Assembly: GCA_004431415.1 (NCBI GenBank)
Contig: QPMI01000136.1
Location: forward strand, 124,001-188,000
Direction of reading: 5' to 3'
From: Cyanophora paradoxa CCMP329
Lineage: Eukaryota; Plantae; Glaucophyta
DNA length: 64,000 nucleotides
This document shows positions 31,052 through 43,319 of the stretch, in pieces; the stretch's first letter is position 1, and the number at the start of each line of letters is the position of its first letter. Made by a program: the position numbers and the translations under genes. The notes beneath the pieces are model-generated. The model was not told where the DNA came from and did no database searches. It worked only from the letters and a program-made list of their open reading frames with translations.

Positions 31052-31800
31052 ATGTTCAGCGTGGTCAAGGACGCCTACGAGGTCGCCGAGTTCGACGGCC
31101 TGTGGGGCCGCGACCGCCTGATCCTGCTGCGCTCCGACGCCGGCCTCGTCGTGCCCGTCGCCGAGCTGCGCCGCATCCTCATCTACGCCCCCGATGAGCC
31201 GCCGGAGGACCCCGACCGGGCGCTGGCGGACCTGTATCGCGTCCCCTGCAGGCCCGTCGCGAGCGAGGAGACGATCCTGCTGCTCGAGATGCTCGGCGTG
31301 ATCCGCCGCGGGGCGCACCGGCCCGACGGCAGCCCGCCGCGCGTCGTCTCCCTCCGCCACGCCGAGCAGATCGTATGCGAGCGGTGGGACGAGGACCCCG
31401 GGGTGAGCGCGCGGAAGCGGTGCGTCGCCCGCCACATCCTCGCCGCGATCGAGCGCCGCCGGCTCGAGTCGTTCGAGCGCGTCGAGCTCCGCGTCCTCCG
31501 CCTCGGGTCCTCGAGCGCCGCCCGCGTCTATGCCCTCCGCTGCAAGCGCATCGAGGTCCCCGTGATCATGAGCGGCGCCCCCGGCCCCGCCCCGCCCCGC
31601 GCTCACCAGGGTTCGAGGACGTCGAGTGGTACGCGCCCATCGCGTCCCTCGCGCAGGCCGCCGGGCGGCGTACGGCTCCTCGCTTGACGTCCCCTCGCTG
31701 CGGGCCGAGATCAGGCGCAGGCATCCCGACCTCGGGGCCGACTCGCCTTTTCGCTTCAAGGCGCGGACCGACGTCGTCGGGCGGGCCCGCTTCGCCCTAG
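31052..31800 (+). CDS. Hypothetical protein, frameshifted at 3' end
   Basis: High-complexity, GC3-rich frame MFSVVKDAYEVAEFDGLWGRDRLILL...; continues GFEDVEWYAPIASL in another frame. Confidence 0.5.
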
Positions 31801-31945
31801 AGGGGGGTACGGCGCTGCCCCGGGGGTACGGCGGGGAGGCCCCGGGCTCAGGCGCGGCGAGGGGCGAGGCCCAGTTGGTGCCTAGCTAGAGGGGACGGAG
31901 GGGCCGAAGGGAAGGCTGAAGCGCGGGCGGGAGGGCGGCGCGCAC

Positions 31946-31993
31946 CCCCTTGGGGATCTTGTAGTCCCCGAGCGTGTCCTCGCTCGCGGTCTC
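31946..31993 (-). pseudogene. Isolated cytochrome P450 C-terminal exon fragment
   Basis: ETASEDTLGDYKIPKG followed by a gtgcgc donor; matches the post-ExxR beta region of P450s. Confidence 0.65.
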
Positions 31994-32029
31994 AGGCGCG
32001 CGCCCGCCTCCCGCCTCCCAAGCCGGCCG

Positions 32030-32740
32030 CGGGCGCCGGCTGATCGTGACCGCCCGCGGCCGGGGGGTCGTGGCCACTGGCCAGACGCTGACGCTGTACG
32101 CCGGGCTGAACGCCGAGGTCGAGGGCGAGGCGGCGCGCGGGGCGGCGTGCAAGTGGGGCTTCATCAGCCTCGCCGGCGCCGAGAGGATCCTCCAGGGCCT
32201 GCCGCGCTTCGGGGACGAGCTCCTCGTGCCGTTCCGCCGCCAGCGCCTCGCCCTCGAGGGCGCCGACGCCGCCGAGATCGAGGCCGCCGCGCCGCTGCCC
32301 CTCGCCCCCGCCCGCCGCATCGCCATCTTCACCAAGCGCGAGTGGCTCACGGTGAGCCGAGGGGCGCGCGGGGCCGGGCGGGGCGGGGGAAGGAGTGTCG
32401 GGAGCGCTGACCGCGGGCGAAGGCGGCAGGACCAGCACATCGCCAACTGCCTCTCGATCGTGCTGGCGCGGGCCGGGCCAGCGCGGCGCCCCGCGTCCGG
32501 GCCCTGTACCCCATGACGCTCGACATTGCGACGAGCCTCCTAGGCCTCCGCCGCCACGCCCGCGCCAGCTCCGAGAAGCGCCGGCGCCGCGCCCTGGCAT
32601 GGGGGCGGCGGAAGAGGGGCGCGTCATCCTCTGCGCATGCCCCGTCTCGGGCGGGCTCGTGCGGCGGGGGTCGGAGCGAACCTGGAGCGCGGGGGGCCAC
32701 TGGACGCTCCTCGCGATCTCCGGCGACCTGCGTTATCTAG
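32030..32740 (+). pseudogene. Ulp1/SENP-like (C48) cysteine protease fragment
   Basis: REWLT|intron|DQHIANCLSIV (WLxDxxI motif) and GGHWTLLAIS (catalytic His motif); cut off before the Asp and QxxxxDCG motifs. Confidence 0.6.
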
Positions 32741-33309
32741 ATCTCCGCGAAGTATCTAATAGTCAAGGCGCAGAGACTTGCTGGAGAGTTGCTCTGAAGC
32801 AGTCTCCAGAGATTCTCCAAGCGGATATTAGCGGATATCAGCTGGAGACTTCATCCCAACAAAGTCTCTGTCAAGTCTCCCGGCGCCCCAAAAATGCGTT
32901 AATCTCCAGCGCTAGCTAGTCTCAGTTAATTCTCCAGCTGGTCTCCCGGGACCCCCCTCTGCACTAGTGGGCCCGGCGGAGCCTGCTCGAGTCGGCGCTC
33001 GTCGGCGACGTCCACCTCTTCTGCAAGGCCGACGTCGCCGACCCGGAGCGCGTGACGCTCCCGCCGCCGGCCGCCGCGGGCGAGGCCGCCGCCGCCGCCG
33101 CCGCCGCCGCCGAGGGAGGCCCCGCCGGAGGGCGGACGGGGGCCGCTGGTCATCTCCTCCTCCTCCTCCTCCTCGTCCTCGTCGTCCGCCCCGTCCGACG
33201 AGGCCGACGAGGCCGAAGGCGGGGCCGCGGACGGCGGCGCCGACGGCGAGGCAGAGGGCCTGGAGCCGGAGGCGGCGCCGGAGGCGAGCGAGGGCGAGGG
33301 CGAGGGCGA

Positions 33310-34720
33310 GTACGCGCTGCCGGAGGGCGAGTGGAGCCGCGAGCTGCGGGCGCAGATGAAGCTCTTCGAGGAGTGGAGGACGCGGGCGATCAACCCGGAC
33401 CGCGCGGGGGCGGCCGTCGAGCGGAGCACGGCCCTGACGAACGACGTCGGTGAGCGGGCGCGGCGGCGGCGGCGGAGATGCATATGGGCGGGGCGGGGGA
33501 CGGAGGAAAGGGGGCTCACGAGGTCGACGCAGGGACGGTGGGGCGCTTCCTGGGGTACCTGGCGGCGAGGGAGGAGGTCAGGCCGCTCTCGTTCGACGTC
33601 TTCTCGCGGGGGGGCCTCGTCGATCTGTGGATGCGGTTCCTGACGTTTCTCAAGGAGGAGAGGAAGCTCACCGCGGGGACGCTGAGCGGGTACACCAGCT
33701 CGATCATCATGGCCGCCGCCTTTGCGCACTCGAGGACGGGCGCCGCGACGGGGAGCGAGGGGCCGCACGCCCGCGCCCTGAAGAACGTCAAGGTCAGAGG
33801 CGCTCGCGCGCGCGAGAGAGAGGGAGGAGGAGGGGCGGACGAGGGTCGGGCCGGGGGGCACGAACCCGACACCCGCCCGCCCGCAGGCGCAGCTGGAAAA
33901 GGAAAAGCGGGAGGAGCGCAAGTGGCGGCCGCGGGGCGAGAACTGGGTCGAGTAAGAGCAGGTCCTGTGCGCGCGGCTCGCCGCCCTCGAGCAGTACGAG
34001 GGCGCGAGGACGGACTACGAGCGGGCCCAGGCCCTCCGCGAGGCCTGCCTCCTCGGCTTCCTCGCCGTCACGCCGGCCCGCGTCGGGATCATCCGCCGCC
34101 TGCGCGTGGGGGTGAGCCTGCGGCGCGACGCGGGGGCCGGGCGTGGTGCATCGTCATCGACTCGATGCGGGCGGACGACGGGACGGGGGAGATGGCTCTC
34201 GCGAGCAAGACGGCCCGCTTCCACGGGGCCCTCTCGATCCCCGTCGCCGCCGTCCTGCAGGAGCCGCTCACCCTCTCCGTGGAGCGCTTCCGCCGCCTCC
34301 TCATTCCCGACGGCGCCCCCGACCAGCAGTGGCTCTTCATTAGCTCCGCCGGCGGCGTCCTCAGCGAGAGCGGCTACGGCGCCTGGGTCAAGCGGGCGCG
34401 TCGCGGGGGCGCGCCGCGGGGGGCGGGGTACGGGGTACGCCGAGGCTCACCCGCTGCGGCGGCATGTGATGGAGCGGTGGACGGGCAAGCCGGTCTCTGC
34501 TGCGCGTGCGGGAGCGGGCCGCCGCGCACCAGATCGAGGGGGACACGGCGGCGGCGGTGATCGAGGGGACGGCCCGCCTCCTGCAGCACAGCGTCCAGAC
34601 GGCGACGACGCACTACGACTACGGCGCCCGCGCCCGCCAGGCCGCCGCCGCCGTCGCGTTCTTCGAGACGGCCGCCCAGCAGCACGCCGCCCGCCGCGCG
34701 GCTGAGGGCGCCGACCGCGA
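33310..34720 (+). pseudogene. Intron-containing tyrosine recombinase (Crypton/PLV-type)
   Basis: VGRFLGYL, FLKEERKL..GTL..Y, catalytic R in TPARVG, K in SKTARFHG, WLFISSAG, LLQHSVQTATTHYDY (H...Y). In-frame TAA at 33953 and frameshifts. Confidence 0.82.
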
Positions 34721-34789
34721 GCGCCTCCCCGCCCCGCCCCGCCGGCCCCGGCCGCCGCCCCTCCGAATCCGCGCCGGCCTCGGCCGCCT

Positions 34790-34821
<32 letters not shown>

Positions 34822-35129
34822 CGCCGCCGCCGCCCGGGGCGCCGACGGGCCGGACGAGGGGGTGCCGGTCGGTCGCGCAGCCCGCCGTCGAGCCCGAGCC
34901 GGCACCCCGTCCCCTCCTTCCTCCTCCTCGTCCACCGCGACGCCGCCGCGCCGCGCGGCGCGGAGGACGGCGCCCGTGAGGCCTGCGGAGGAGGATGAGG
35001 AGAGCGACGGCGGGAGCGGGCGGGGCCGCTCGGGGGGCGCGAGCTCGTACTCGGAGGACGGCGAGGAATCCGCGGGGAGCGGGGCCTCGAGCGGCGGCGA
35101 AGAGGGGCCGGAGCAGAAGCGGAGGCGCT

Positions 35130-35800
35130 TCCCGTGGCAGAAGAAGAACCCGTTCACGAGGCCCGGGATGCAGGTCGAGCGCGACCTCGCGATCGCCGAG
35201 GGGAGGTACTGCGCGCCGTGCGTCAAGGTGAGGCCCCGCCCGCCGCCCGCCCCGCCCCCTCTCCCGCGGACCGACCCGGCAGCGCCCGCACGAGCAGATC
35301 TTCCGCACCGCGGCGGGGTACCAGCGCCACCGGGCGACGTCCAAGGCGCACGGCCAAGGGGCCGGGGCGGGGCGGGGCGCGCCGCGCGGCGCGGGCGGGC
35401 GGGGAGGAGGAAGAGGAGGAGGAGGGGAGGGGGAGGGGAGGAGCAGGTCGGCGGCGAGCCCCCCGCGGCCCGCGGGCCGCTCTGGCACCTGCGCTGGACG
35501 TCGGCGTCGCCCTTTCGAGCGGGCCAGGTCGTGGCGGCGCTCACCTCGCACGCGGCGGACCCCCTGCCGCGCCCCGTCTTTGCCCGCCTCGTCGCGACGG
35601 TGCCGCTCCCCTCGGGCGAGACGGAGAACCGCTTCGTCGTGCTCCGGCGCTTCGGGGCCCTGTACGCGCCGTCGACCGAGGGCGGGCCCGGCGACTGGGG
35701 GCGGCCCCGCGCGCTCGTACCGGTGCAGAGCGAGTCGAGGAACGGCGCCGTCGACGTGCTGACGAAAAGCGAGCGGATCTTCGACCTCCTCGGCCTGGGC
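35130..35800 (+). CDS. C2H2 zinc-finger-containing protein segment
   Basis: YCAPCVK|intron|IFRTAAGYQRHRATSKAH, followed by a globular-looking region FRAGQVVAAL...IFDLLG. Confidence 0.55.
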
Positions 35801-36075
35801 TCCTCCTCGTCGGCGCCGCCGCCACCGGCGCCGCCGCCGGCCCCGCGGGCCCGGCCCCGCGACGAGGAGCGCGAGCGCGGGCCCCCGCGGCGCGGCCGCC
35901 CGCCGAAGCGCGGGCCCGCTCCGCGTAGCCCCCTGCGGCCGCCCTCGCCTCCCACCAGCTGCAGAGATCGAGCGCGCGCGGGCTGGGCGCGGCCAGTCGA
36001 TCCTGGAGCGCGCGGGCTCGCAGCTCCCGGGCGGCGACGCAGTCGATCCTGGAGCGCGCGGGCTCGCAGCACGCC

Positions 36076-36399
36076 GTGTACCTGCTCCAGAGCGAAAAGG
36101 CGGGCGTGACCTACACCGGCTCCACCAGCTGCCTGGCGCGCCGGCTCAAGGAGCACCAAACGGGGGCGATCAAGGGCGCGTACACGGCCGGGAGGGGCCC
36201 CTGGCGACTCGTGGCTGCGGCGTGGGGCTTTGCAGACGCCGCCGGCGCGCGCTCGTTCGAGATGCGCGTCAAGAAGCGCTCCGGCGGCGCGAAGCGCAAG
36301 CTCCACGCCATGCAGGCCATGGCGAAGGAGGGTGCGAGCGCGGGCCTGGCGTTTGGGCTTGCCGAGGGCGTCGTGGGCGGCTACGGCGAGGACGGGTGA
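36076..36399 (+). CDS. GIY-YIG endonuclease (SLX1-like)
   Basis: VYLLQS....TYTGST..LARRLKEH..G...GAYT...GPWRLV....GF.....A..FE..VK; no ATG, so likely a C-terminal domain or fragment. Confidence 0.9.
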   Translation: MYLLQSEKAGVTYTGSTSCLARRLKEHQTGAIKGAYTAGRGPWRLVAAAWGFADAAGARSFEMRVKKRSGGAKRKLHAMQAMAKEGASAGLAFGLAEGVVGGYGEDG

Positions 36400-38590
36400 G
36401 GAACGCAGGACGGGCCGCGATCGCGCGCCCGCGGCTAGCCTAGAGGATGAAGCGTCGTATGGAGAACCTTGACGAGGCGCGAGATGGCCGCTCCCGCGAT
36501 GCTGCCTCAGCCTGCCTGCGCTCACCGGGTACAAGGCTTCAAGCGGGGGGGGGGGAAAGGGGGGGTGGAAATGGGGGGAGGAAAGGGAAGCAGAGCCACG
36601 TTGTTGGCACAACGTGGGTCAGTAGTCGAAACCGAGGCCCAGGGGGCGCTGGCGGGCCGCGGCTCCCGCTTCGGGATCGGATTTTAAGACGTTATGCGAG
36701 CCGGTGCCCCCAGCCCGGCGTGGCCGAGCGCAGATCATCGGATGCGAATGGCGGGCGATGGGCCGAGCCGCGCGGCGCCGTCCAGCAGGCCGGCCGGCCC
36801 GCCTGGAGACCGTGCTTCGATTTGTGCTTGTGCCAGGCCTAGGCTCCGTCCGGTTAGCTGGTCATGACGCGCCCTCGCGCGGCCGCCTGGCCGGCGCGGC
36901 GGCCGCACGCGCAGCAGCACCATCATGGCCAGCCGAAGGGGGCGCAGCTGTGCAGCGTGCTCCGGGCACCGTACAGGAGAATCGCCGGGGACAGAGCTCA
37001 CGGCGCCGGGAGCCTCGGCTCCTCCCAGTCGACGGCGCGGCGGCGGCGCCGTCCTGCAGGCCCAAGCTCGGCGGCGCGGAATCGGGTGCGAGGGGCAAGC
37101 CAGAGGCCTCAACCCCCGCCCCTGCCTCTGCGCCGTCCGACCGCCCGCGCCGCCGCGCATGCGCAGCCGCAGTGACGCGGATCGCGGCGCGCCCAGCGAC
37201 TCCAAGCGCCCCCGCGACTCCAAGCGCGCGTCCATCTTCCGGGTGCGGCGGGGGTGGCGCTCCTAGAATCCCCCAGCCCGCCCCTCTCGCAGCGGTCCTC
37301 GCGCCGTGCGCGCTCGCTCGCTGACCCACGCAGCCCCGCGCAGCGCGCGGTCTACGGCCCCGTGGCGGATTCCGGGTACGGGCCGTGTACCTCTCTCTGC
37401 TCTGGGCGGCGCGACGCCGGGCTCGCTGACCCCCGTACCCCCGCAGCACGCGCTACACTGACCGTGGCGCATTCCGGCTACGGACCGTGTACCCCTCCCT
37501 GCGCCACGACGTGCTTCGGAGGGTCAGCGGGGGCCGACCTTAGAGGGGGTAGTGGCACCGTACCCGGAAACGACCCGATGCAAGGTCAGAGCCGCCCCGC
37601 CCCCTGCCCCCTCCCCCCTCGTCCCCCTCTGTCGCCCCGCCTCTTCTGATTCGGGGAGGGGGGCGGGGGTCCGCAGGAACGGGATGGGGATGCGGCGGTC
37701 CCGCGCGCGACGGGGCGCCCCGCCGGGGGCGGCTCGCCTTAAAGGGAACCCGGCGGCCGCTCTCTAGGGCCGAGGATCGCGGTCCCTCGACCCCCCGTAG
37801 ACGCGCCCAGGTTCGCCGCCCGCGCCCGCACCCCCTCGCTCGTCGACCCCGCCCGCCGGCCCCGTCGCTCCGCACCGACGCCCGCGTCTGCGCAGGCGAA
37901 AGCATGCCGGGCCGCGCGATCGAGGGCTCCGGCGGCGGGCGGAGCAGCGGCGGCGGCGGCGCGCTCCCCGGCCGTCAAAAAGGCAAAGCAGGGCGGGCGC
38001 GGCGGAGGCGGAGGCGGAGGCGGCGGTCCGACCGAGGGACCCGCCGAGGATGCCGACGGGGCGCCCGCCCCGCAGCACCAGCAGGAGCAGCAGCAGGAGC
38101 AGAAGGAACGGCAGGAGCGCGAGCACGACGGGGGCTTCGAGGGGCACCGCGGCCGCCGCGCCGCCGGAGCCCCCCGGCAAGCCCAAGCGCCCCGCGGTGC
38201 GGTCCCTCTCTCACCGCCCCGGCCAGCTCTCATCCCGCCCGCGCCGCGCAGCCCGCGGGCGGCCGGCGGCACCCCGCCGCCCTCTCGGGAAGCGCGCCAA
38301 ACTCTTTGCCGACGGCGCCGGTGCGTCCCGTACCCCCCTTTCCCTTCCCCTTTTTCCCTCCCAGGGCCGCCCGCGCCGATGGGCATCCCGGGGCGCAGGT
38401 CGCGGCGCCGAGGGGGCGCCAGAGGCGCCGCGGAAGAGGCGCCGGCCGCCGGCTCGGCGGGCGAGCGCTCGGACGGCTCCGGCCACGACGGCGGCAGCGA
38501 GGGGGACGGCAGCCAGCGCGAGGTGGGGCCGGACCCCCCTCCTCCCTCCCTCCCTCGCCCGGTTCGTCCCTCTGACCGGTCTGCGCGCAG

Positions 38591-39275
38591 GGCCCCGGCT
38601 CGCACGACGGCGACGACGACGAAGGCAACGACGAGCGGGGCGAGGACCGCGCCCGGGGCGGGGCGGGGCCGGGGACCGGCCCTCAGCGCCGAGCTGCGCC
38701 CGCGGGCCGAGCGGCTCGAGGCGCGCGCCGCCGAGCTGGGGCCCGAGGCGGCCCACGTGCGGATGGTGGCGGAGCGGGCGGAGGTGCAGCTCGCCGCCTG
38801 CAAGGGCCGCCCGGGGCTCGAGCCCTCGATGCGGGCGGCGGCGGAGCGGGCGCGGCGGCAGCTCGACGCGGAGGAGAAGAGGGCGGCGCGGGCGCGGGCG
38901 GCCAAGGCGGCGGCCGTCGCCGCGCGGCGCCGCGTCGAGGACGCCGAGGAGGCGCTCGCCGAGGAGCACGGCCCGGAGCCGATCTTCACCCCGCCGGCCG
39001 CCGGCGCCTCGAGCGCCATCTACTGGGCCGCCCTCGCCGCCGCCCTCGCCGTCGGCGGCCCCGCCGCCAACGACCCCGACGCCCAGGACCGCGCCGCCGC
39101 CGAGGCCGCCGCCGGAGCCGCCGAAGCCTCGACCGCCGCCGCCGGCGCCCCGGCTGCGGGGCCGGCCGCGGCCGCCCCCGCCACCCCCGAGCCCCAGGAG
39201 ATCCCCAAGGCGACCCGCCCGAGGACGCCTGAGCGCCCGGGGCGGCGCCGTAGATCGCCCGAGCCGGCCGAGCCT
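38591..39275 (+). CDS. Ala/Arg/Glu-rich coiled-coil hypothetical protein exon
   Basis: LRPRAERLEARAAELG...RRQLDAEEKR...VEDAEEALAEE after a gcgcag acceptor. Confidence 0.4.
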
Positions 39276-39606
39276 AGAGCTAGACGTCAGCCGATGCAAA
39301 TTTCGCGACTGCTTCGATACCTCGCGAAAAGGGGGCGGCTGCCGCGCGGGCCCCGGGGTCCGTGGGCGAGACACGTTTGCGTGCCCCCCAAGTGAGGGGG
39401 GCGGCGCGGCCCGGGGGTAGCCGGGGCCCGAAGGGTTAACATGTGATCGCGAAAAAATAACCGCCATCGGCGCGGGGCCGGGGCCGCCATCGCGGCAGTA
39501 ACCGCCATCGGCGCGGGGCCGGGGCCCCCCGCCATCGGCGCGGGGCCGGGGCCCCCCCGACCTCGCTCGGCACCAACCCGCCATTCGCAAACCGGACCGA
39601 CCCCCG

Positions 39607-40053
39607 ATGGCCTCCGCTTCCTCCGCGTCGACCGCCGCGGCCGCCGCGGCGGCCGCCGCCAAGGTCGACGCGCCGCGCGTCGCGGCTGCGGCCGACGCCG
39701 ACGTCGCGCCGCCGCAGCTGCCCCTCGACGTGATGGGGATGTATCGATGATCGCCAGCGCGCGCCGCTCTGCCGCGCGCGTACCTCGCGCCGCTCTGCCG
39801 CGCGACGCACGCCATCGTGAGGGAGGGGATGGACAAGGAGTGGAGGGACCTCTGCTGCAGCTGAGAGCAGTTGAGTGTCCGGGTTCCGGAAATTAAAGCT
39901 GCCCCAATTAATGCAAGGGCACCGCCCGCGACGTCTTCTTTGCCAACGTGGAGATGCGCTGCAAGACGTGCCTCTATAACAACCTGACCAACCGCGATCG
40001 CATACGGCTGCCGCGGTCCTTCATTTTAGAGAAGATCGAGGGGCCGCGTCTCT
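39607..40053 (+). pseudogene. Possible F-box protein remnant
   Basis: LPLDVMGMY...YLAPLCR..HAIV....KEWRDLC resembles the F-box consensus; interrupted by stops. Confidence 0.4.
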
Positions 40054-40218
40054 AGCTATATAGATCTTGGACCCGCCCACCGGATGGCCCGTCTGCGCCA
40101 GGCACGCCCACTGCGATGTGGAAGCGCGCAGTGCGCTGACTCAGTGATCTCCATCTCCCCCGAGAGCGCCAAGGCGCAGGAGCAGTTCAAGCTCTAGATC
40201 TAGATCTACCCAGCAGTA

Positions 40219-42853
40219 GTAGAATGGGGTAGGAACTGACATGTACACTTCCCTGGCATCATTCTGACAATATTTATATTGTCAGAATGATGTCAGCCGC
40301 TGAGCCGGTCACATGATTCAGAGTCTGGTGCCGGTTCTCATCGTTCTAGTTCAGGCTCTGATTCTGACTCGTCCGGCGCTCCTTCTTCGGGCGGTGCTGA
40401 CAACCTCGTCTCTTCGCGTGACATCGATTCTGTCCTCCGGAATCCTGCGGAGTTTGCCGTTCGTGGGAATGTCCCGTTGGGGACCCCTGGTGATCGACCG
40501 CCTCCTGCGCCGTCCCCTCCTGCTCTGGCCCCTGTAGTGACCCTTGGGCATGTTCCTATTCCTGCTCTCGCTGCCCCTCTCGACGCTCCTTTTCCCCCAT
40601 TCCCTGCGGTCCCGATCCCTGTGCTCCTTGGCCCGCTGGCCCCGCCTCTACCTCCTCCCTCCTTACAACTTGCTGTCACGGGGCCTCTTCACTTGCCTGT
40701 TCCCCCGGCAGGTCCCTGGTCATCTTGCAGCTCCGTACCCCTTCTTACCTCTTCCCCTTGCTCCTCCACTTCCGCCCCCGCGTGGCCCTCTTTCTGACGT
40801 CCTCCTGGTTCAGCCCCCTCTTCAGCCTATCCTTCTTGCCCCCGCTTCTGCAACTGTGACGCCGGGCGGCACTATCTTTTTGCATGCCCCTCCCGCCACT
40901 ACGTATATACGTCTCCGGTCTCTTTGCGTCTGCATCCACTTTCCCGGGTCCGCTTGCAGGCCCCCTCGCCTCCAGAGCTCGCCATCACTTCGGCCTCCCT
41001 CGCCTCCGCTCTCGATTCTCCATAACCTTCGAATAGCCGCCTTCTCTCTCCTCCTCCGCCCTCTCTCCCCCCCTCGAGCTCCGGGTCCTCGGCCTCTGCC
41101 CCGCGTCCGAGTGTTGGCGAGCTCGAGACTGTCCTCTTTTCGGTCTCCCCGTCATTCCGGCTCCCTGCTCCCCCTTCGGCCCCTCGGGTCCCATCTGCGG
41201 GTCCTATCCCGCTTCCTGGCGCTCGTGAGATTCGCCGCCGGCACCCTCGTCGGGCCCTTGCGCCCTCGAGCTCGTCTCTCTCTGCGCCGCCCATGACCCC
41301 CGTGTCATCTGATCCGGCGCCACCCGACCTTTCTCCTGCTTCGCTGCCCTCTCTTCGGCGCCGGCAGCGATCCCCGTCACCTGCTCGCGGCCCTTCCCCT
41401 GCCGCCGACCCTTCCTCGGCTCCCTCCTCGCCTCTTCCGTCTCGTAGGCCTCCGCCGCGTTCCCGTCGGCGGATCTCTCGATCGACCCTGGACGTCGACT
41501 CTCCGCCTGCCACTGTCTGCGGGGTACCTCCGCCGCCGTGTTCGGCGCCGGCTGTCATGATCAGTACTTTGCTCGGTAGCTCCCCCGTCGTGGCTCCTCG
41601 GGGGCCTCTTCGTCGACGTCGTTCGCTGGGTTCCGGCTCCGGGTCAGATTTCTCGCCGGGCTTACCTTCTCCTGGCTCTGCTCCTGCTGGGCCCTCAGCT
41701 CCGGGACTGGCTTCCCCGATCTCCTCCCGGACTCGTGGTCTTACCCGTCGCCGGCTTGCCGAGCCTGCGTCTCCTTCTACTTCCCTCCGGCGGTTTGCCG
41801 GGCCGGACCCTCCGGCCTTTGTTCTTGATACCGGACTGCCGCCTTTGCCTTCATCTTCTGCTTCGCTGGTTGTATCCCGCCGGCGCCGGCGTACTTCGTC
41901 TTATAGTTTAGTTCGGTCTGGTTCGGATTCTGATCGTAGTGTTGATGCTAGAGTTAGCTTCAATACTAGCTATAGTCTTTGTGCTCGACCTGTTGTTCGC
42001 CGTCGTTTGCAGTTCAACTCAGTGACTGCCCGCCTCGACCCCGGCCGGCTTTAAATTTAGTGATTCCTTTGACTGTCCTTTTGCCTGCTCTTGATCTGCC
42101 TGCTCCGCCTCCTGTGTCCTCCTCGACCTCGTGCCGTAGCTCTGCCCTTTCACATCGTTCTGCTTCGCCTCCGCCTCCACGTCGTCTTGTTGTTCCTCTT
42201 ACTTGTCTGCTTCCTGTTATTTATCCTAGCTTTCTCAATTTTGTCCTCCGCTTCTTAGTGATGTAATTAATATTCCTTCCGATATTGATGGTATCTCTAG
42301 CTCTGGCTCTTCTTCGTGTCAGTCTTCCTCTGTCCCTAGATCTGGTCGATTTATCGTCTCTTCTCGATCTGTTTCGAGCTCTGTGTCTTTTCTTTTTTAT
42401 TGTCGATTTTGGCTCTTTGTCTTATCTTTCTTCGTGTTCTTGTCTTAGTTATTTTGCTTTTTTGTCTTTATGCCTCCTGGGCAGCCCCCGCAGTGCTGGT
42501 GTCTAGAGACTGTGGCCGGTAATTCACCGAAAAAAAAAGCCGGTCTGACAATTTCCTGACATATAGTTACTCTGGCACTACTCGGACTAGAGTACCCGGT
42601 GACCAGAGCAGTAGTATTTAGACAGTATCCTCATTCAGATTGATACTTTAATTTTGTGACATCAACACGACATTACATCTGACAATATCCTGACACGGTT
42701 CTGACACTTATAATTAGGATAATGTCCGGATAATGTCAATTGCGCATGCAGGCAAAGTGTCAGGATAATGATGTCAGGGCTGACAATATTTATAATGTCA
42801 GAATGATGTCCGGGTATGTAGCCACGGTAGTGTCATTTCCTACCCCATTCTAC
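40219..42853. mobile_element. TA-target (Tc1/mariner-like) MITE, ~400 bp when empty, split by a 2.2-kb insertion
   Basis: TIR gtagaatggggtaggaactgaca / tgtcatttcctaccccattctac; TA at 40217-18 and 42854-55; internal ctgaca/tgtcag motifs at both ends. Confidence 0.85.
40311..42538 (+). mobile_element. Retroposed insertion (5'-truncated, pyrimidine-rich, Ser/Pro-coding) with poly(A) and TSD
   Basis: TSD (a)gccggtc at 40303-40310 and 42538-42545; A9 tail; no RT/EN motifs. Confidence 0.8.
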
Positions 42854-42943
42854 TAGTGCAGAGGGCCCGGGAATATAAATCGGCACCATCCCGGAGTCCC
42901 GCACCTCGCCACCGACGAACGGGGCCTCACGACCCGCGCGGCG

Positions 42944-43306
42944 GTGCTGAGGGAGATTCGGCGCCGCAAGGCCCTTCCCGCGGGGCCCGGCCTCGTCTCG
43001 CTCTCGGCCGTCGTGGCCAAGTACCGCCTAGGCCTCCACCCGCGCCGCTTCGCGCGCCACCAGCCGCGCGGGGCCCTCGCCGCCGCCGCCTACAACGCGG
43101 ACACGCTGGAGGAGCGCCGCTGGCTGGTCGAGGTGGTGGGGATCGCCGATCCGGAGGGGAGGGTGTCGCGCCTGAAGTATGAGGCGGAGCCTCGCCGCAT
43201 CCGCAAGCGGCGCCGCGCAGAGCTCGAGCGCGAGGCCGCTAGCGCTGCCCGGACCGCTGCCGAGGGGCAGACCGCGGCCGAGGCCGCCGGGCCGAGGGCA
43301 CTATAG
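42944..43306 (+). CDS. Hypothetical protein fragment
   Basis: GC3-rich, high-complexity frame LVSLSAVVAKYRLGLHP...WLVEVVGIADPEGRVSRLKYE; no ATG. Confidence 0.35.
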   Translation: MLREIRRRKALPAGPGLVSLSAVVAKYRLGLHPRRFARHQPRGALAAAAYNADTLEERRWLVEVVGIADPEGRVSRLKYEAEPRRIRKRRRAELEREAASAARTAAEGQTAAEAAGPRAL

Positions 43307-43319
43307 CTAGTAAAAAGGG

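Noticed and set aside
42500-42540. Hammerhead ribozyme at the retrocopy 3' end
   Set aside because: Hairpin plus GAAA present but the CUGAnGA core is absent
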